A stretch of 30,285 nt of DNA from a virus (lineage: Duplodnaviria; Caudoviricetes): positions 1 to 30,285 of the IMG/VR virus record IMGVR_UViG_3300013126_000156. The stretch is one strand, 5' to 3'. How positions within the stretch are numbered: position 1 is the first letter of the stretch; each line of letters starts with the position of its first letter. Of the stretch, positions 26,879-30,285 are shown piece after piece. The notes below the pieces were generated by a model. The model was given only the letters and a program-made list of their open reading frames with translations, was not told the origin of the DNA and did no database searches. The position numbers and the translations under genes are program-made.

Positions 26879-29800
26879 TGGCTTGTAATAATTCAGTTTA
26901 TTTAGTTTGTTGTTATGATCCTACAAGATCATTTTTAGCCTGTAACCCAAATATTGATGGTGTTCCGAATTCATCATTCACACCGGGAAATCACTATGTT
27001 GGTATTGATCCTTCATTTTCTCCTGGCGTTGGTATATGTTATTCAGCAAGTTCAACACCAGTCGGTACTGTAATTAATTATGAGAATAATATATACTTGA
27101 GTACCACTGATTGTGCTACCTGTCAGTATGACTATGCTGCAGGTTGTCCACCTTTGGTTACGACATTCGCGGACGCAATCCTTGTAAATTGTTGTGATCC
27201 GACAGATACTTTAGAGGCGAGAGTACCAGACACATATACACCTGGAACAATATCGATAAGATATAATGATAAATGTTGGATAGTACAATCATTCGGAGGT
27301 TCGGGTGGACTTGAATTATTAGGGGCCTACGATGGGTGTATCCAATGTAATCTTTATTTCCCATGTTGTGAATGTGTGGAAATGAACATAGGTCCAGCAC
27401 TATTCTTACCTGGTTTTGCTGACGGAGGGAATGTTTTTGTTGATTATACATCATGTTCAGGAAGTTCTGAAACCATAACAGCAACTTCTGTGACAAATGA
27501 GTTCAATATCTGTCACGAGTCTGGTACAACAATAACGACATCATTCACTGTCGGAGGATCGCCATTTTCAACGACAACATATCCATGGGATCCTTTGTTC
27601 ACCGGACCTCCAGGTGAGGTCAGCGCTACAACAATTTCATCTTGTACGGGTGACCCTTGTGGTCTTACCCCAAGTCCATCACCATCCCCCACTCCGACAC
27701 CGACCCCTACGATCACTTTGACGCCAACACCAACACCGACGATCACACCAACAATTTCACCGTCGGCGAGTGAAACGGTTGTAAATTTATTGTCACCATT
27801 ATCATATACCATTAGTATAACAGGTGGATGTGGTTCTGATTCAGCCGATGCTTGTATCATAGTTACGGGTGGAATACCTGGTTATACAGTTGATTGGATA
27901 TCACCTTCATTGGGTATTGGTCCCTGTAAAACAAATTTATCACCTGGTACAACATATGTTGTTCGAATAAATGATTCACAAGCACCTGTCAATAATGAAC
28001 TGTATGTAAATGTGAATGTATCGACAGGTTTGAATTTATTCATATCTCAAGTTGTTGACACCACATGTGGATTGGATAATGGACAAGTTACAATTGGTGC
28101 TCAGAGTGATGATTTTAATATTACTTATTCGTTGTATTCAGGGGCAACACTTATATCCTCTCAATTTACGAATAATGGTATTGCTTATTTTGCACCCCTA
28201 CCATCAGGAAACTACTACGTCCAAGGTGTATCAGATGCAGGGTGTACAGGTACCTCAGCCTCTTTTGTTGTAAATCCATCAACTCCTTTTGATTTTGGAT
28301 TTTACGTTATAAATGATACTCAGTGTGCGAGTCCAACAGGGAAGATATATGTGACAGGTCAGACTGGAAATGCACCATACACTTACCTGTGGAATAACAA
28401 TCAGACTACGTCATCTATCACTGGACTAACTTCAGGTACATATAATGTTACGGTTACTGACAGTGGAGGATGTAGTTTGAACAAATCAGTATTTGTTGAT
28501 TTTGTTCCTTCACTTGGTTTGGGATCTTGGAGTGGTACATCTCCAACATGTTTTACTAACGATGGAAGTCTTACCTTAACAATTACTGGTGGAACGGGAC
28601 CTTATTTATATTCAGGTAGTAATGGAACTACCTTTGTAAGTTATTCTCAAGTTTATACTTTTACTTCATTATCTGCGGGACCATTCTTTGTCTCGGTGAC
28701 AGATGCGGCATTATGTAAGGTAACTTTCGGTACAACACTCATTACCCCCAACACATTTTACGATGTAAGTTTGAATGTGACAAACTCTCAATGTTCATCC
28801 AATAATGGTTCTGTCAATATTGGTTTACAAGGGGGATCGCCACCTTATACGTATGTTTTGTCATCGGTGACCTCATCGATAACTGCCACAACAAACTCGA
28901 CACAATATTTGTTCACCAATTTATCTAATGGAACATATAATGTTACAATCACTGATGGTGGTTCATGTCCTTATTCACAGAATGTAATTGTCTCCTCGGT
29001 GAATTTATTTAACGTTTCATATTCGGCCACCACATCTACTTGTGGACAACCTAATGGTACTCTCACCCTTATGACTACATCAGGTGGAACGTTACCTTAT
29101 ATCTACACTCTGAGTAATGGACAATCAATAACAACCAATTCTTTGAATGTTACATTCTCATCTTTGTTGGGTGGTGAGTATTCATATTCTATTGCTGAAG
29201 CCGGTGGATGTACCATAACAGGAGGTGCTGTGGTTCCTGAAGAAAGTGTATTAGAATTCTCATTGTTCCCAACGTCGTGTGGTGTTAGTGGAAGTGGGGG
29301 TACAATAACCGCACTTATAACATCAGGTCAACCACCTTTCACATACAATTGGTCATCGAATGTGGATTCAAATCCTCAAGAGGTTTATGTTACGGGTCTT
29401 ACTGATGGAAGTTATTCTCTGACAATTACCGATAGTAACGGTTGTGTAAAATCAAGGAGTGTCCTAATTAAGTGTAGTCCTGTGATTACAACATATCAGA
29501 TTTTCAATATGTGTGAGAGTGAATTTGGATTTACCTCAGGGACAAAAAGAGGTATGGTTCAAATGCTCAATGAAGGGTTCAATGATTTGGTATCACCACA
29601 AGATGGGTGTATCCTAACAGCATCTACCTTTACCATTGAGGTTGAGGTAAGTGGAAATACATATACCGATTTATTTTACACAGGTGAGACGTTACTTGAT
29701 GTTCCGACAGACGCCGTATATTTCCAAGCGGTAGAGGATTTGTTACTTACAATACCTGGTGTAACAGGAGTTACAATAGACCCTGTCACATCAAAAATAA

Positions 29801-29892
29801 CAATTGAAAGTGGGGATCCCCTAAGTGGACAGGGAGTAACCATTAAGTTGATAATTGGATATTCGATTCTGTGTCCAACCCCTTGTCCATAA
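26878..29892 (+). CDS. Cys-rich SprB-repeat protein, candidate tail fibre/adhesin (1004 aa)
   Basis: About 40 Cys by hand count. Has N-terminal Cys modules, a Pro/Thr linker and seven SprB-like repeats, e.g. GNAPYTYLWNNNQTTSSITGLTSGTYNVTVTDSGGC. TAATG-coupled to the upstream gene. Confidence 0.7.
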   Translation: MACNNSVYLVCCYDPTRSFLACNPNIDGVPNSSFTPGNHYVGIDPSFSPGVGICYSASSTPVGTVINYENNIYLSTTDCATCQYDYAAGCPPLVTTFADAILVNCCDPTDTLEARVPDTYTPGTISIRYNDKCWIVQSFGGSGGLELLGAYDGCIQCNLYFPCCECVEMNIGPALFLPGFADGGNVFVDYTSCSGSSETITATSVTNEFNICHESGTTITTSFTVGGSPFSTTTYPWDPLFTGPPGEVSATTISSCTGDPCGLTPSPSPSPTPTPTPTITLTPTPTPTITPTISPSASETVVNLLSPLSYTISITGGCGSDSADACIIVTGGIPGYTVDWISPSLGIGPCKTNLSPGTTYVVRINDSQAPVNNELYVNVNVSTGLNLFISQVVDTTCGLDNGQVTIGAQSDDFNITYSLYSGATLISSQFTNNGIAYFAPLPSGNYYVQGVSDAGCTGTSASFVVNPSTPFDFGFYVINDTQCASPTGKIYVTGQTGNAPYTYLWNNNQTTSSITGLTSGTYNVTVTDSGGCSLNKSVFVDFVPSLGLGSWSGTSPTCFTNDGSLTLTITGGTGPYLYSGSNGTTFVSYSQVYTFTSLSAGPFFVSVTDAALCKVTFGTTLITPNTFYDVSLNVTNSQCSSNNGSVNIGLQGGSPPYTYVLSSVTSSITATTNSTQYLFTNLSNGTYNVTITDGGSCPYSQNVIVSSVNLFNVSYSATTSTCGQPNGTLTLMTTSGGTLPYIYTLSNGQSITTNSLNVTFSSLLGGEYSYSIAEAGGCTITGGAVVPEESVLEFSLFPTSCGVSGSGGTITALITSGQPPFTYNWSSNVDSNPQEVYVTGLTDGSYSLTITDSNGCVKSRSVLIKCSPVITTYQIFNMCESEFGFTSGTKRGMVQMLNEGFNDLVSPQDGCILTASTFTIEVEVSGNTYTDLFYTGETLLDVPTDAVYFQAVEDLLLTIPGVTGVTIDPVTSKITIESGDPLSGQGVTIKLIIGYSILCPTPCP
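27667..27777 (+). repeat. Pro/Thr/Ser-rich linker (coding low-complexity repeat)
   Basis: TPSPSPSPTPTPTPTITLTPTPTPTITPTISPSASET. Confidence 0.9.
27799..29475 (+). repeat. seven tandem SprB-like protein repeats (~80 aa each)
   Basis: Recurring consensus C...G.(I/L/V)......GG..PY.Y...........L..G.Y...(V/I)TD..GC. The copies are diverged at DNA level. Confidence 0.8.
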
Positions 29893-29899
29893 TATAGAT

Positions 29900-29906
29900 T
29901 ATTTAT
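29900..29906 (+). promoter_or_regulatory. TATTTAT motif
   Basis: Lies in a 20-nt intergenic gap, 6 nt before ATG 29913. Confidence 0.5.
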
Positions 29907-29912
29907 TGTTGT

Positions 29913-30285
29913 ATGTCGGCACAAATTGAAATCACATCCCTTACTGGTACATTACCCGCAGATGTTTATGTCTCTGATGTTTATGGTAACAACCTATCTT
30001 TGGTGGGGGTTTTGAGCTCATTACCTCAGACTTTTATTTTGCCATCCATTTTCAATTTTGCACCTGCGGTTATCATTAAGGTAATTGATTCAAACGGTTG
30101 TGAATATTTTGAAATTAAAGAATGTATATCTGAGTTTCCAAGTCCCTCTATGTCTCCGACTCAAACACCAACTCCAACTCCAACAATTTCTGAAACTGGA
30201 ACACCCACACCGACACCTACGGTATCTGAAACGGGTACTCCAACTCCAACTCCAACAATTTCCGAGACAGGAACACCCACACCGA
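29913..30285 (+). CDS. 3'-truncated Pro/Thr-repeat protein, probable fibre/decoration protein (not in the ORF track)
   Basis: MSAQIEITSLTGTLPADVYVSDVYGNNLSLVG...IKVIDSNGCEYFEIKECISEFPSPSMSPTQTPTPTPTISETG... stays open to the window end. Confidence 0.8.
   Translation, partial: MSAQIEITSLTGTLPADVYVSDVYGNNLSLVGVLSSLPQTFILPSIFNFAPAVIIKVIDSNGCEYFEIKECISEFPSPSMSPTQTPTPTPTISETGTPTPTPTVSETGTPTPTPTISETGTPTP
30165..30285 (+). repeat. 36-bp coding tandem repeat, TPTPTPT(I/V)SETG
   Basis: Units at 30165-30200, 30201-30236, 30237-30272 and a partial fourth from 30273. Confidence 0.9.

Noticed and set aside
2516-29892. No TAG among the 21 stop codons (15 TAA, 6 TGA): possible stop-codon reassignment as in some large phages
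   Set aside because: All genes are intact under the standard code and none needs TAG read-through. TAG is normally rare in AT-rich genomes, so 0 of 21 is unremarkable.
530-29924. Minus-strand and alternative-frame ORFs in the track (e.g. 2745..3092, 4659..4982, 9439..9870, 27513..27860, 2127..2459, 25425..25778)
   Set aside because: They lie within or largely overlap long, motif-bearing + strand genes and have no recognisable motifs. They are shadow ORFs.
30165-30285. 36-bp periodicity as a CRISPR array
   Set aside because: The units are contiguous with no spacers and differ mostly at synonymous positions, so this is a coding repeat.

Overview
AT-rich, densely coding segment of a large tailed (T4-like, contractile-tailed) bacteriophage genome. 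Every credible gene is on the + strand. The order is: (1) the 5'-truncated end of a large virion protein and two small genes; (2) a replication/recombination/nucleotide block starting at a sigma70-consensus promoter and ending at an intrinsic terminator, with a second terminator just after the SSB gene. It encodes a gp32-like SSB, RecA/UvsX, a 5'-3' exonuclease (T4 RNase H type), a DnaB/gp41 helicase and a class Id-type ribonucleotide reductase whose ATP-cone is on NrdB instead of NrdA; (3) a baseplate/tail block with gp25-like and gp6-like wedges, a 1772-aa protein with a 90-residue hydrophobic core, four uncharacterised proteins, a P2 gpI/gp7-like protein, a Cys-rich SprB-repeat fibre candidate and a 3'-truncated Pro/Thr-repeat protein. 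Two ORFs missing from the supplied track were read by hand (5620..5727 and 29913..end). A TATTTAT motif recurs upstream of five genes. Several features point to a Bacteroidota host (inference). I saw no tRNA, rRNA, CRISPR array, intein, intron or transposase. All functional calls come from motif recognition by eye, not database searches.
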